DNA of 64,000 nt, taken from the NCBI GenBank assembly GCA_041611735.1, contig JBFIML010000013.1, positions 12,188 to 76,187 of the forward strand, given 5' to 3'. Made by a program: the position numbers and the translations under genes. Below, one piece after another: positions 24,156 to 34,324 of the stretch (the stretch's first letter is position 1; the number at the start of each line of letters is the position of its first letter). Source of the stretch: Myxococcota bacterium (lineage in GTDB: Bacteria; Myxococcota_A; UBA9160; PR03). Below the pieces are notes generated by a model that ran no database searches, was not told the origin of the DNA, and was given only the letters and a program-made list of their open reading frames with translations.

Positions 24156-24938
24156 CTAGAGTCCCGACCGGGTCGGGGTCGACTCTTCCGCAGCCTTGCC
24201 GCGCTCGTAGAACGGCCGCAGCACGTCGAGCGGCAGGGGAAAGATCACCGTGCTCGCGTTCTCCGTGGAGATCTCCGCCAGCGTCTGCAGGTAGCGCAGC
24301 TGGAGCGCCGAGGGCTCCGAGGCCAGGATCTTCGCAGCCTCCGCGAGACGCTGCGACGCCTCGAACTCGCCCTCCGCATGGATGATCTTGGAGCGCTTCT
24401 CGCGCTCCGCCTCGGCCTGGCGCGCCATGGCCCGTTGCATGTCGGGCGGAAGGTCGATCTGCTTCACCTCCACGGCCCGCACCTTGACGCCCCAGGGCTC
24501 GGTCTGCAGATCGATGATCTCCTGCAACTTGCGGTTCACGGCCTCGCGTTCGGCCAGCAGCTCGTCGAGCTCCGCCTGGCCGCACACGCTGCGCAGAGTG
24601 GTCTGGGCGAGCTGCGAGGTTCCGTACAGGTAGTTCTCCACCTGGATCACCGCCTTCTCCGGGTGGAGGACGCGGAAGTAGAGCACCGCGTTCACCTTGA
24701 CCGAGACGTTGTCCCGGGTGATGACCTCCTGGGAGGGGACGTCCATCACGATCTCGCGCAGGCTGATCTTGACCAGCCGATCCACCACCGGAATGATCCA
24801 GCGGAAGCCCGCCTCCTTGACCCCGTTGTAGCGCCCCAGCCGGAAGACCACGCCGCGCTCGTATTCCTGCAGGATCCGGATGCCGGCCAGCACGAGCGCG
24901 ATGAGCAAGCCGACGAAGATGAACGGAATCGGCAGCAT
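24156..24938 (-). CDS. SPFH/stomatin-like (slipin) protein
   Basis: [40 protein letters not shown]. Confidence 0.93.
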   Translation of the reverse strand: MLPIPFIFVGLLIALVLAGIRILQEYERGVVFRLGRYNGVKEAGFRWIIPVVDRLVKISLREIVMDVPSQEVITRDNVSVKVNAVLYFRVLHPEKAVIQVENYLYGTSQLAQTTLRSVCGQAELDELLAEREAVNRKLQEIIDLQTEPWGVKVRAVEVKQIDLPPDMQRAMARQAEAEREKRSKIIHAEGEFEASQRLAEAAKILASEPSALQLRYLQTLAEISTENASTVIFPLPLDVLRPFYERGKAAEESTPTRSGL

Positions 24939-24957
24939 CTCTCTCTCCCTCCTGCGG

Positions 24958-26289
24958 TCAGCGCTCCGGCGGAGCCCGCCGCACGCGCAGGCGCAGCCCT
25001 TCCACGCCCGTCACCTCGACCCGCTCGCCCGGCGGGATCGACTCGTCCGCCCGGGCCGTCCAGTACTCGCCCCGCACGAAGACTCTTCCCTCCGGCGAAA
25101 CCGCGGTGGTGGCGCGGCCCACCAGGCCCAACAGCTCGCCGACGCCGGCGGTCTGTCGGCGCCCCAGGCTGCGCCCCACGGCGAACACCACCAGGGCCGC
25201 GAACAGGCCGAGCGCCGCCACCGCCGGCACCAGCACGGTCCAGAACGAGACCGTCAGGTCGCTCACCTCGGGTAGCCGAAAGAGCATGGAGCCGCCCACC
25301 AGGACCAGCCCGATGCCCAGGGCGAACAGCAATCCGTAGGACGTGACGAACACCTCGGCCGCCAGCAGCGCGATCCCCGCCAGCAGCAGCAGAAGGCCCA
25401 GCCAGGAGAACGGCAGCAGTTGCAGGGCGATCATCGCGAGGATCAGGCAGGCGGCGCCGACCAGGCCGGGCACGATCAGCCCGGGCTGGTTGAACTCGAT
25501 GTAGAGGCCGAGCAGCCCGGCCATGATCAGCAGCACCGCCACGTCCGGGCTCGCCAGCACGTGCAGCAGGCGCGTGAGCGCCGGCATCTCGATGCGGTGC
25601 TCCACGGCGCCGGCCAGGGACAGGGTGCGCTCCTCGCCGGCCACCCGCACGCTGCGTCCCTCCAGCTTCTCGAGCAGCTCGGCCCGGTTCTCCGCCACCA
25701 GGTCGATCACGTTCAGACGCAGGGCCTCGTCCGGAGCGATCGCAACCGATTCGCGCACCGCCTTGACGGCCCACTCGACGTTGCGCTTGCGCTCCTTGGC
25801 GATCGATTCGATGAAGGCCGCCAGCAGGTTCTCGGCCTTCTCGGCCGCGAAATCGCGCGACTTCTCGTCCTCTTCGCCGCCCGGCGCTCCCCCTCCGATC
25901 CCGACCGGATGCGCCGCCCCGATGCTGGTGCCTGGCGCCATGGCCGCCACGTGGCCCGCCAGGGTGATGAAGGTCCCCGCCGAGCCGGCCCAGGCGCCGC
26001 GCGGCGCCACGTACACCACCACCGGCACCCGCGCGTTCAGGATCGCCTGAATGATGTCCTTGGTGGAGGCGACGAGCCCCCCCGGCGTATCGAGCTCGAC
26101 GATCAGGGCGGCCGCGGCCTCGGTCTCGCTCTGGACGATGGCCTTCTGCAGGAAGTCCGAGGAGGCGGGATTGATGGTCCCGGAAATGACCACCACGTTC
26201 AGGCGGGCGGCCACTGCGGCGGAGGGCAGCGCCGCCAGCGCCGCCGCCAGCACGCCCGCGGCCAGCGCCAGCCACCGCGGTCCGCTCAT
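24958..26289 (-). CDS. nfeD: Long-form NfeD (ClpP-class membrane serine protease + OB domain)
   Basis: LDTPGG, AGSAG, IGAAHPV, C-terminal [14 protein letters not shown] overlap with coaBC. Confidence 0.92.
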   Translation of the reverse strand: MSGPRWLALAAGVLAAALAALPSAAVAARLNVVVISGTINPASSDFLQKAIVQSETEAAAALIVELDTPGGLVASTKDIIQAILNARVPVVVYVAPRGAWAGSAGTFITLAGHVAAMAPGTSIGAAHPVGIGGGAPGGEEDEKSRDFAAEKAENLLAAFIESIAKERKRNVEWAVKAVRESVAIAPDEALRLNVIDLVAENRAELLEKLEGRSVRVAGEERTLSLAGAVEHRIEMPALTRLLHVLASPDVAVLLIMAGLLGLYIEFNQPGLIVPGLVGAACLILAMIALQLLPFSWLGLLLLLAGIALLAAEVFVTSYGLLFALGIGLVLVGGSMLFRLPEVSDLTVSFWTVLVPAVAALGLFAALVVFAVGRSLGRRQTAGVGELLGLVGRATTAVSPEGRVFVRGEYWTARADESIPPGERVEVTGVEGLRLRVRRAPPER

Positions 26290-27494
26290 GCGCGGTCCTC
26301 CCGCAGCTTCTGGACCCGGTCCAGCAGCCGCGCCGCCACCTCGCGCTTGGGCAGCAGTGGCAGCTCCTCCACGTCCCCGCCGGGCCAGACCAGGAAGACC
26401 GCGTTGGTGTCCACGTCGAACCCGGAGCCGGCCCGGGAGATGTCGTTCGCCAGCATCAGATCGCAGCCCTTGCGGGCGAGCTTGCGGCGCGCCGAGGCGA
26501 TCACGTCGTGGCTCTCCGCGGCGAAGCCCACCACCAGGCGATCCCCCTTGACGGCGCCCACCTCGGCGAGGATGTCCGGGTTGCGAGCCAGCTCCAGGGT
26601 GAGGCCACCCTCCGGGCCGAGCTCCTCCTTGCGGATCTTGCGGCCCGCGGGCGTGGCGGGGCGGAAGTCCGCCACCGCCGCCGCCATCACCACGATGGTC
26701 GCGCGCGCGAGCTCGGCATGGACCGCGTCGCGCATCTCGAGGGCGGTCTCCACGTCCACGCGTCGCACCCCCGCCGGCGTCTCGAGAGCCGTCGGCGCCG
26801 CCACCAGCACCACCTCCGCGCCGCGCCGGGCTGCCTCCGCGGCCACGGCGAAGCCCATCCGGCCCGAGGAGCGGTTGGCCAGCACGCGCACCGGGTCCAC
26901 GGGCTCCCGGGTCCCGCCCGCGGTCACCAGCACCACCTCTCCGGCCAGGGTGCGGGGCGCCAGCAGGAGCTCCACCGCCTCGGCGACGGCCACGGGCTCC
27001 GCCATGCGCCCTTCCCCTTCCCACCCGCAGGCCAGGAAGCCGCTCTCCGGACCCAGGAAGCGGATACCCCGCTCGCGCAGGATCGCCACGTTGGCGCGGG
27101 TGGCGGGGTGCTGCCACATGTTCACGTTCATGGCCGGCGCCACCAGGATCGGGGCCCGGGTGGCGAGCAGCAGCGTGGTGACCAGGTCGTCGGCGAGCCC
27201 ATGGGCCATGCGGGCCAGTACGTGGGCGGTGGCGGGTGCCACCACCACGGCGTCCGCCCAGTCGGCCAGGGCCACGTGGTCGATGCGGCCCTCCTGCTCG
27301 GGATCGAACAGGTCGGTGCGCACCGACTCCCCGGAGAGCGTCTGGAGCACCAGGGGGGACACGAAGTGGCCGGCCGCCGGGGTCAGGGCGCAACGCACCC
27401 CGTGGCCCCGCCGGCGCAGTTCGCGCACCAGCTCCGGGATCTTGTAGCCCGCGATCCCGCCGCACACGGCGATCAGCAGGCGGCGCTGCGACAT
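26286..27494 (-). CDS. coaBC: Phosphopantothenoylcysteine synthetase/decarboxylase
   Basis: GGIAGYK, APAMNVNM, TAGGTREPVDPVR, GFAAE. Confidence 0.96.
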   Translation of the reverse strand: MSQRRLLIAVCGGIAGYKIPELVRELRRRGHGVRCALTPAAGHFVSPLVLQTLSGESVRTDLFDPEQEGRIDHVALADWADAVVVAPATAHVLARMAHGLADDLVTTLLLATRAPILVAPAMNVNMWQHPATRANVAILRERGIRFLGPESGFLACGWEGEGRMAEPVAVAEAVELLLAPRTLAGEVVLVTAGGTREPVDPVRVLANRSSGRMGFAVAAEAARRGAEVVLVAAPTALETPAGVRRVDVETALEMRDAVHAELARATIVVMAAAVADFRPATPAGRKIRKEELGPEGGLTLELARNPDILAEVGAVKGDRLVVGFAAESHDVIASARRKLARKGCDLMLANDISRAGSGFDVDTNAVFLVWPGGDVEELPLLPKREVAARLLDRVQKLREDRA

Positions 27495-27531
27495 GCCCGA
27501 ATCCCTTGAAAAACGAGGATCTTGAGCGAGG

Positions 27532-29004
27532 CTAGCCGGAACCCGGGGAATCGTCCACGCGGCGCCGTGACCCGAGCAGCCGGCAGCCGACGGCCAGCCG
27601 ACGCGCCAGCGCCCGTGTACCGGGCGCTTCCGCGTACACGCGGGTCACGGGCTCGGTGCCCGAGGCGCGCCACATCACGAAGCCGTCGTCGAGCCCGAGC
27701 CGCAACCCGTCCACCCGCTCGACGCTGCGCACCCGAGCGCCGTCCAGGCGCGCGGGGGGACGGGCGAGCAGGCGCGCCAGGCGCTCGGTCACGCGCTCGC
27801 TGGAGGAGACCGCCGCCCGCCCGCAGCGGCGCCGCCCGTGCCGGCGCTCGAGCTCGCGCAGCCGCACGCGCAAGGGCGCCCGCAGCGTCGCAGCGAGCTC
27901 CGTCAGCAGGCAACCGGCCAGGATCCCATCCTTGTCCCGTCCCGCCGCGTCGAGGGCGAAGCCCCCGCTCTCCTCCCCGGCCACGTCGGCCTCCCCGTCT
28001 CGCAACGCTCGCGAAAGGTGCTTGAAGCCGATGGGGAAACGCTGGACCGGGAGGCCGTGGTCCGCCGCCACGCACTCCACCAGCGAGCCGGTGGCGACCG
28101 AGACCGCCACCCCGCGTCGGATGCGTCCGGTGCGGGCCAGATGGTCCACGAGTAGCGCCAGGGCCTCGGCCTCGGAGAGCGGCCGGCCGTCGGCATCGAT
28201 CACGGCGAAGCGGTCCGCATCTCCGTCCGTGGCCAGACCCAGGCGCGGCCCGCTCCGGGTGCGCACCAGACGGCGCAGCTCCGCCAGGCGGGTCGTCACG
28301 GGGTCCGGCGCGCCCCCTCCGAAGCGCGGGTCCGGCGCGGCGCGGAGCACCTGGACGGGAACGCCCAGGCGTCGCAACGCCTCGTCCAGCACCCCGGCCC
28401 CCGCGCCGTGCAGGGCGTCGTAGGCGACCGCGGGTCGGCAGGCCCGGAACGGCCTGCGGTCGACGAAGTCGAGCACCCATTCCAGGTAGGGCGTCACCAG
28501 ATCCACGCCGGCCCCCGGCACCGGCACCTGCGGAGGCCGCGGGCCCGCCAGGGCGATGGCGGCGAGCCGCTCCAGCTCCCGAGTCTGCTCCGGCGTGGCG
28601 GCCCCGCCCCAGGACGCCACCACCTTCATGCCCTGGTATTCGGGCTGGTTGTGGCTGGCCGTGAAGACCAGGCCCGCCGCGGCGCGACGTCGGCGCACCG
28701 CATGGGCCGCCACCGGGGTCGGCACGGCTCCGCGCGCGAGGAGCGCCCGCGCGCCGGCCGCGGCCAGCACACCCGCCGCGGTGCGCGCCAGGTGCTCGCC
28801 GAGGAAACGGGTGTCGTGGGCCACGATCACCCGGGGCCGGGCCGGGCCGGCGCCCAGCCAGGTCGCCACGGCGCGGGCGGCCGCCCGCACGCGCGGGAGG
28901 GTGATCTCGTCGGCCAGGATGCCCCGCCAGCCGCTCGTGCCGAAGCGGATCGGCGCGCCCTCTGCGCCGGGGCGCGCCGCCCCGCCCGCCCCTCGCCGAC
29001 GCAA
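27532..29004 (-). CDS. Phosphoglucomutase/phosphomannomutase-family protein
   Basis: FGTSGWRG, TASHN, DGDADR, GEESGG, RASGTEP; TTG start is tentative. Confidence 0.9.
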   Translation of the reverse strand: MRRRGAGGAARPGAEGAPIRFGTSGWRGILADEITLPRVRAAARAVATWLGAGPARPRVIVAHDTRFLGEHLARTAAGVLAAAGARALLARGAVPTPVAAHAVRRRRAAAGLVFTASHNQPEYQGMKVVASWGGAATPEQTRELERLAAIALAGPRPPQVPVPGAGVDLVTPYLEWVLDFVDRRPFRACRPAVAYDALHGAGAGVLDEALRRLGVPVQVLRAAPDPRFGGGAPDPVTTRLAELRRLVRTRSGPRLGLATDGDADRFAVIDADGRPLSEAEALALLVDHLARTGRIRRGVAVSVATGSLVECVAADHGLPVQRFPIGFKHLSRALRDGEADVAGEESGGFALDAAGRDKDGILAGCLLTELAATLRAPLRVRLRELERRHGRRRCGRAAVSSSERVTERLARLLARPPARLDGARVRSVERVDGLRLGLDDGFVMWRASGTEPVTRVYAEAPGTRALARRLAVGCRLLGSRRRVDDSPGSG

Positions 29005-29008
29005 GCGC

Positions 29009-29515
29009 CTAGCGCCCCCGAAGCTTCTCGGTGAGCTTCTTCGCCACGATCGGAGGCACCCACTCCTCCACATTGGCCCCGAAGCGCACCAGCTCCTTGA
29101 GCCGCGAGGAGCTCACGTAGAAGTACTTCTGGCTCGTCATCATGAACAGGGTCTCCACCTCCGGGTAGAGGTGGCGGTTCATCAGGGCCATCTCGAACTC
29201 GTACTCGAAGTCCGAGACGGCCCGCAGACCCCGGATCACGACCCGGGCCCCGATGCTACGCGCGTAGTCGACCAGCAGCCCGTCGAAGCTCGTGATGCGG
29301 ATGCCCGGCTCGCCGCCGAGGATTGCCTCGAGGATCTCCATGCGCTCCTCGAGGGTGAAGGTGCCGCTCTCCTTGGCGACGTTCGTGGCCACCGCCACCA
29401 CCAGGTCGTCGAAGACCCGGCGGGCCCGCTGGACCAGGTCCAGGTGCCCGTTCGTGATGGGGTCGAAACTCGCCGGAAAGACGGCGACGGTACCCTTCTT
29501 GCGCGGGGCACTCAT
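29009..29515 (-). CDS. coaD: Pantetheine-phosphate adenylyltransferase
   Basis: SFDPITNGH, RGLRAVSDFEYE, VSSS. Confidence 0.96.
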   Translation of the reverse strand: MSAPRKKGTVAVFPASFDPITNGHLDLVQRARRVFDDLVVAVATNVAKESGTFTLEERMEILEAILGGEPGIRITSFDGLLVDYARSIGARVVIRGLRAVSDFEYEFEMALMNRHLYPEVETLFMMTSQKYFYVSSSRLKELVRFGANVEEWVPPIVAKKLTEKLRGR

Positions 29516-30093
29516 GGCTGGCTCGATCCTCCTTCCTCCGAATCCGAACCCGCGGGGGCGAACCGGATGACCCGCGTGTCCCCGTAGCCGCGCTCGTCCA
29601 ACCGCACCAGGCCGGGAACCTCCTCGAGCTCGGCGTGGCGCGAGGTCTCCAGGACCACCCGGGAGCCCTGGCGCAGGATGCCCGAGGAAGCCAGCGCCCG
29701 CAGGGTCCGGCCCGCTTCCGGGGAAGCATAGGGCGGATCCAGGAAGACGAGATCGAAGCGCTCCCCGCGGCGCGCCAGGCGCCGGACCGCCGTCGCCGCG
29801 TCGGCCCGCACCACCTGGCTCGCGGCCTCCAGGCCAAGGGCCGCGAGATTGGCCCGCAGCACCGCGACCACTGCGGCGCTCCGTTCCACGAAGATCGCCC
29901 GCTCCGCCCCCCGCGAGAGCGCCTCGATGCCGAGCGCTCCGGTCCCGGCGAACAGATCCAGCACCGCTACCTCCGCGAGCGACCCCACGCGTGCGAACAG
30001 CGCCTCGCGCACCCGGTCGGAGCTCGGACGCACACCCCGCGCCCCGGGGGAGCGGAGCTGTCGGCCGCGCAAGCGTCCACCCGTCACGCGCAG
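29512..30093 (-). CDS. rsmD: 16S rRNA m2G966 methyltransferase
   Basis: xRVTGGRLRGR, RPSSDRVREALF, LDLFAGTG, DPPY, YGDT; start placed at CTG 30093 behind SD AAGGA. Confidence 0.92.
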   Translation of the reverse strand: MRVTGGRLRGRQLRSPGARGVRPSSDRVREALFARVGSLAEVAVLDLFAGTGALGIEALSRGAERAIFVERSAAVVAVLRANLAALGLEAASQVVRADAATAVRRLARRGERFDLVFLDPPYASPEAGRTLRALASSGILRQGSRVVLETSRHAELEEVPGLVRLDERGYGDTRVIRFAPAGSDSEEGGSSQP

Positions 30094-30197
30094 CGGTGCA
30101 CGTCCTTTTCGTCGCCGTCGAAGCAGGACGCCTGCACGCGCTTCGTGCAGGCGAGGCCGCCACCAACCCCAGCGTCCTGTTGCGTGCGTGATTCGGC

Positions 30198-30226
30198 TTG
30201 CAGTCGGTTGCCTCGGTTCGTACACT
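30198..30226 (+). promoter_or_regulatory. sigma70-type promoter upstream of the small HTH gene
   Basis: TTGCAG-N17-TACACT. Confidence 0.55.
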
Positions 30227-30393
30227 GCGTGCGCCGCGCAAGCCGCTGTGTCCCGACGGCATCGCCCCGGGACGAGACCGGAGCCACCAACGCAAGTCTG
30301 CTAGAAGTTCGATCCCGATCGGCCGCGGCCCGATCGGAACCGCGCCGCGGCGGGGGCCACGAGACCCGCGCGGCCCGAGGGGGAGGGGGGCCC

Positions 30394-30633
30394 ATGTCGT
30401 CACCCGGGATCGATCGTCTCAAGCGCAAGCTTCCCGAGCGCCTGGCCCAGGTGCGCGGCGAACGCTCCCAGCGACGGTTCGCGCGCGACATCGGCGTGTT
30501 CCAGCAGAACGTAAACCGCTACGAGAACGGCACCACGCCGCACATGGATTTCCTGATCCGTCTCGCGGTGCGGGAGAACGTCTCGCTGGACTGGCTGCTG
30601 CTCGGCAAGGGGCGCATGCACCGGCCGCGCTGA
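30394..30633 (+). CDS. Small XRE/CI-like helix-turn-helix regulator (79 aa)
   Basis: SQRRFARDIGVFQQNVNRYENG...VSLDWLLLGKG; SD GGAGG. Confidence 0.88.
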   Translation: MSSPGIDRLKRKLPERLAQVRGERSQRRFARDIGVFQQNVNRYENGTTPHMDFLIRLAVRENVSLDWLLLGKGRMHRPR

Positions 30634-30781
30634 CGCGGCCGCCGACGGCAGCCCGCCTCCCAAAGAGGGAAAGTCGCTACCCATGACCCGGGCGGCGTGG
30701 GGCGCGGTCCTCCCCCCGGGCCCAGGCAGCTCCGGCCGCAAGTGACCGGGCTGCGTCCCCATCCAGGCGCACGGGTTTCCG

Positions 30782-30797
30782 GGGCACGGATCTTGCG
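30782..30797 (+). promoter_or_regulatory. sigma54-type promoter upstream of the DUF5658-like gene
   Basis: GGGCAC-GGATC-TTGCG (GG-N10-GC). Confidence 0.55.
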
Positions 30798-30853
30798 AGG
30801 CGAGGCGTCGCCCGCCACGGCGGGTCCACGCGCCGAGGAGGCCCGTCCCCCCG

Positions 30854-31189
30854 ATGCTCGCGTTCCTCACGCTCGCGCTGCTCGTGCTCACCGCCGCCGA
30901 CCACTGGACCACCTATCTGTGCCTGCAGACGCCGGTCCCCGGCTTCGAAGTGACCGAGGCGAATCCCATCGCCGCAGCCCTGTTCGACCACATGGGGCTC
31001 GTGCCGGGACTCCTGCTGGACGGCGCGGTCACCCTGGCCGCGCTCGTCTTCGTGGCCCGCACCCCCCTGCTGCCCCGGATCGTGAAGCAGCTCTTCCTGC
31101 TCACCGTGTCCGCCTGGACGGCGGCAGCGGTGGCCAACAACCTCGACGTGATCGCCTCCCTGGGCCTCTCTCCCCTCGGTCGCTCCTGA
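30854..31189 (+). CDS. Small membrane protein, DUF5658-like
   Basis: DxxTT and EANP motifs, three hydrophobic helices; SD GAGGAGG. Confidence 0.7.
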   Translation: MLAFLTLALLVLTAADHWTTYLCLQTPVPGFEVTEANPIAAALFDHMGLVPGLLLDGAVTLAALVFVARTPLLPRIVKQLFLLTVSAWTAAAVANNLDVIASLGLSPLGRS

Positions 31190-31219
31190 GCCCAGGACCC
31201 GACGCGGGGCGCGCGCGTC

Positions 31220-31386
31220 CTAGGAGCCTGACCCAAGACTGGGCACCCGTCCGGACGCCGATCCATCGCCGCTGCCCGCGTTGCGCTGCCTGCACCGTAG
31301 CGCCGCTATGGCTCGGTCGCGCGCCTCGGCAGCGGCGCGTCTCGGCGCCCGGCCCTTCCCACGCCAGTCTTGGGCCAGGCTCCTAG
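31220..31386. mobile_element. MITE-like element, 159 bp between two CTAG copies
   Basis: Left end CTAGGAGCCTGACCCAAGACTGG (31220-31242) matches the reverse complement of 31364-31386 at 22/23 positions; internal hairpins; no transposase. Confidence 0.75.
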
Positions 31387-32852
31387 TCGGCCCGCCGTGC
31401 GGCGCGCCCGCCCGGCCCGAGGGGGTCCGAGGTCACGAGCACGCGCAGGAACTCGTCCATGGAGCGCATGGCCTGCTCGTCGCTGCCCCGGTAGCCGTTC
31501 ACGAGCACAGAGAAGACGACCTCCCGGCCCTGCTGGGTGCGCGCGTAGCCGGAGAGCGCCGTCACCCCGTCCAGGAGCCCGGTCTTGGCACGCACCACGC
31601 CGGCGGCTTCCGCCGCCCGGCGCTCCAGGGTCCCGTCCCCCGCAGCGATGGGCAGCGCCGCCACCAGCTCCGGCCCGAACCCGAAGGAGTCGGCGCCGAG
31701 GCGCAGGGTCTCGACCAGCAGCCTCGGGGTGAGCCGGTTCTCCCGGGCCAGGCCCGAGCCGTCCACGAGGGTGGCCTGCGAGAGGTCGAGGCCCAGCCCC
31801 TCGAGACGCGCACGCAGCGCGGTCATGCCGTTGGCCCAGGTGCCGGGCTCCCCGGCCTCGTGGGCCCCCAGACCCTTCACCAGCGCCTCGGCCACCATGT
31901 TGTTGCTGTACTTCAGGAACAGCCGCACGATCTCGGCCAGCGGGCGCCCCGGGAAGGCGAGCAGCTCCGGGGCCGTCGCCGGCGTGGGGCCGAGGCGCAG
32001 CTCGCCCTCCACGGGAATCCCGTTGGCCTCGAGCTGCCAGCGCAGCACGCCGCCGGCATAGGCCGCCGGCTCGGTCACGCTGCGGTAGAAGACCTTGGGG
32101 TCGCCCCCCGCGGGCGCCGTCCCCGAAACGGTCACCCGCTCGCCGCCCGGACGCGCAGCCCGCTCCACTAGCAGGCTGCGACGCTGGCCGGGAGCGCCCG
32201 TGGCCGCGCGGTTCACCAGCTGGAACCAGGGAATCGGGGGATCCAGGCTCACGGCCACGCCCTGCTCCCGGGACGCCGCCGGACGCACCTCCACCGCGAA
32301 GGCGCCGTAGTTGGCCACCAGCGCGCCCACCGGCGCGTGGTAGGCGCGCGCGCCCACCGGCCCCCAGGCCGGGTTCCAGCGCTCGCGATCGAAGAGGGAG
32401 TCGTCGAGCACCAGGTCTCCGCGCACGCGGCGCAGCCCCGCCCGCCGCAGGTCGGCGGCGAGCCGCCACCAGTCCTCGGAGTTCAGGGCCGGGTCGCCCC
32501 CACCGCGCACGTAGAGGGTGTCGACGGCGCCCCGGGGGTCGGGCGGCGCGTCGGCGTGGACCCGCGTCACGAAGCGGTGGGTCGGGCCGAAGGCGTCGAG
32601 GGCCGCCAGGGCCGTGAGGACCTTCTGATTGGAGGCCGGAACCAGGGGACGGCCCGGGGCCAGCTGGTAGAGGACGCCCCCGTCGGCGCGCTGCACGACC
32701 AGGGCGCCCAGCCGCGCACCCCGCAACGGCGCCGCGCCGAGCGCCGCATCGAGGCGCTCGGCGAGCGCGCTGCGCTCGCTCTCAGCACCCGCCGCCGGCG
32801 CCATCGCCAGGGCGACCGCCAGCCCGCATGCCAGACGCAACGCTCCGCGCAT
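31383..32852 (-). CDS. dacB: D-Ala-D-Ala carboxypeptidase/endopeptidase (PBP4, peptidase S13)
   Basis: Signal peptide, PASNQK, GGGDP, SNN, DGSGL, AKTG. Confidence 0.95.
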   Translation of the reverse strand: MRGALRLACGLAVALAMAPAAGAESERSALAERLDAALGAAPLRGARLGALVVQRADGGVLYQLAPGRPLVPASNQKVLTALAALDAFGPTHRFVTRVHADAPPDPRGAVDTLYVRGGGDPALNSEDWWRLAADLRRAGLRRVRGDLVLDDSLFDRERWNPAWGPVGARAYHAPVGALVANYGAFAVEVRPAASREQGVAVSLDPPIPWFQLVNRAATGAPGQRRSLLVERAARPGGERVTVSGTAPAGGDPKVFYRSVTEPAAYAGGVLRWQLEANGIPVEGELRLGPTPATAPELLAFPGRPLAEIVRLFLKYSNNMVAEALVKGLGAHEAGEPGTWANGMTALRARLEGLGLDLSQATLVDGSGLARENRLTPRLLVETLRLGADSFGFGPELVAALPIAAGDGTLERRAAEAAGVVRAKTGLLDGVTALSGYARTQQGREVVFSVLVNGYRGSDEQAMRSMDEFLRVLVTSDPLGPGGRAARRAD

Positions 32853-32988
32853 GTCTGCTCCGTCGGCGAGCCGGTGCCTCCTCGTGAGCCATCGGCCCGC
32901 CCCGGGTGGGTGCAATCGCTTGACGCGTCTCAACTTATCCGGGAGCCTGCGCCCGAGCAATCCGCGTCCGCCCCCCGCGGAGCCGTGC

Positions 32989-34293
32989 GTGCTCAACGGC
33001 ATCTGGCTGGCCCTCGTGCTCGTCTCGATCCTGTGCGCCGCCTACACGGGGCGCATGGAGGCGGTCTCCCAGGCTGCTCTCGAGGGCGCCCGCCAGGCCG
33101 TGGACCTGGTGATCGGCCTGGTCGGGGTGATGGCGCTGTTCCTGGGGCTCATGCGCGTGGCCCAGGACGGCGGCCTGCTCTACGCCGTGGCGCGCGCCCT
33201 GGCCCCGCTGCTGCGACGGCTGTTCCCGGACGTCCCCCCGGAGCATCCGGCCATGGGCGCCATGATCATGAACCTGGCCTCCAACGTGCTGGGGCTCGGG
33301 AATGCGGCCACACCCTTCGGATTGAAGGCGATGGTGGAGATGGAACGGCTGAACACCCGGCCCGGCGTGGCCAGCGACTCGATGGTGCTCTTCCTGGCCA
33401 TCAACGCCTCCAGCGTCGCGCTCCTGCCGCTCGGCACCATCGCGGTGCGGGCGGCGGCCGGCTCCACGCAGCCGGCCTCCATCATCGCTCCCACGCTCAT
33501 GGCCACCACCGCCTCCACGCTGATGGCGGTGACGACGGCCCTCTTGCTGCGCCGCCTGCCCCGCTTCCGCCTGCCGGATGCCGGGACGGCGTCCCGAACC
33601 CCGGCGCAGCCGACCGAGGGGAGCGACCCGCAGATCGAGCTCCCGCCCCCGCCGCCGCCTCCGGGGCCCACCCGCCGGCTGCTGGTCTGGGGCAGCGTGA
33701 CTGCCCTCGGGGTGGCCCTGGCGCTCCAGGTGACGCGCGCCCTGGAGACGAGCCCGGCCGGTGAGGTCACCAAGGACCTGCTCTCCACCTGGCTGCTCCC
33801 CCTGCTCATCGCCGCGCTCCTGCTGGTGGGTCTGCGAGGCCGAGTGCGGGCCTACGAGGTCGCGGTGGAGGGTGCCAAGGAAGGGCTCGAGGTGGCGGTG
33901 CGCATCGTCCCGTTCCTGGTGGTGATCCTGGTGGCGGTGGCCATGTTCCGGGCTTCCGGCGCCCTGGACTTCCTGATCCGGATGCTCGATCCGGTGACCG
34001 GACCGCTGGGCGTCCCGGCCGAGGCCCTGCCCATGGCGCTCTTGCGGCCGCTCTCGGGCTCCGGCGCCTTCGGAGTGATGAGCGAGATCCTGACCGTCCA
34101 GGGGCCCGACTCCTTCGTGGGCCTGCTGGTGAGCAGCCTGCAGGGCTCCACCGAGACCACCTTCTACGTGCTCGCCCTCTATCTGGGGGCCGCTCGCATC
34201 CGCGACGCCCGCCACGCCTTGCCCGCCTGCCTGGCGGGCGACCTGGCCGGCTTCGCCATGGCCACCGCGGCCTGCCACCTGTTCTTCGCATGA
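32989..34293 (+). CDS. Fused SpmA-SpmB (nucleoside-recognition Gate domain) membrane protein
   Basis: NVLGLGNAATPFGLKAM (SpmA); RPLSGSGA and GSTETTFYV (SpmB). Confidence 0.9.
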   Translation: MLNGIWLALVLVSILCAAYTGRMEAVSQAALEGARQAVDLVIGLVGVMALFLGLMRVAQDGGLLYAVARALAPLLRRLFPDVPPEHPAMGAMIMNLASNVLGLGNAATPFGLKAMVEMERLNTRPGVASDSMVLFLAINASSVALLPLGTIAVRAAAGSTQPASIIAPTLMATTASTLMAVTTALLLRRLPRFRLPDAGTASRTPAQPTEGSDPQIELPPPPPPPGPTRRLLVWGSVTALGVALALQVTRALETSPAGEVTKDLLSTWLLPLLIAALLLVGLRGRVRAYEVAVEGAKEGLEVAVRIVPFLVVILVAVAMFRASGALDFLIRMLDPVTGPLGVPAEALPMALLRPLSGSGAFGVMSEILTVQGPDSFVGLLVSSLQGSTETTFYVLALYLGAARIRDARHALPACLAGDLAGFAMATAACHLFFA

Positions 34294-34324
34294 GGGGTGT
34301 CCGGGGCATCCGGAGTGTCCGCCC

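Noticed and set aside
30394-30633. Prophage remnant suggested by the CI-like HTH
   Set aside because: No integrase, structural genes, att sites or visible composition shift.
32889-32923. sigma28-like elements upstream of dacB (TCAAG ... GCCGATGG)
   Set aside because: The spacer is 22 nt rather than 15, and there is no good -35 at the right distance.
32989-34293. Endospore formation implied by spmAB next to dacB
   Set aside because: This dacB is S13/PBP4-type rather than the Bacillus sporulation PBP5*, fused spmAB is widespread in non-sporulators, and no other sporulation genes are present.
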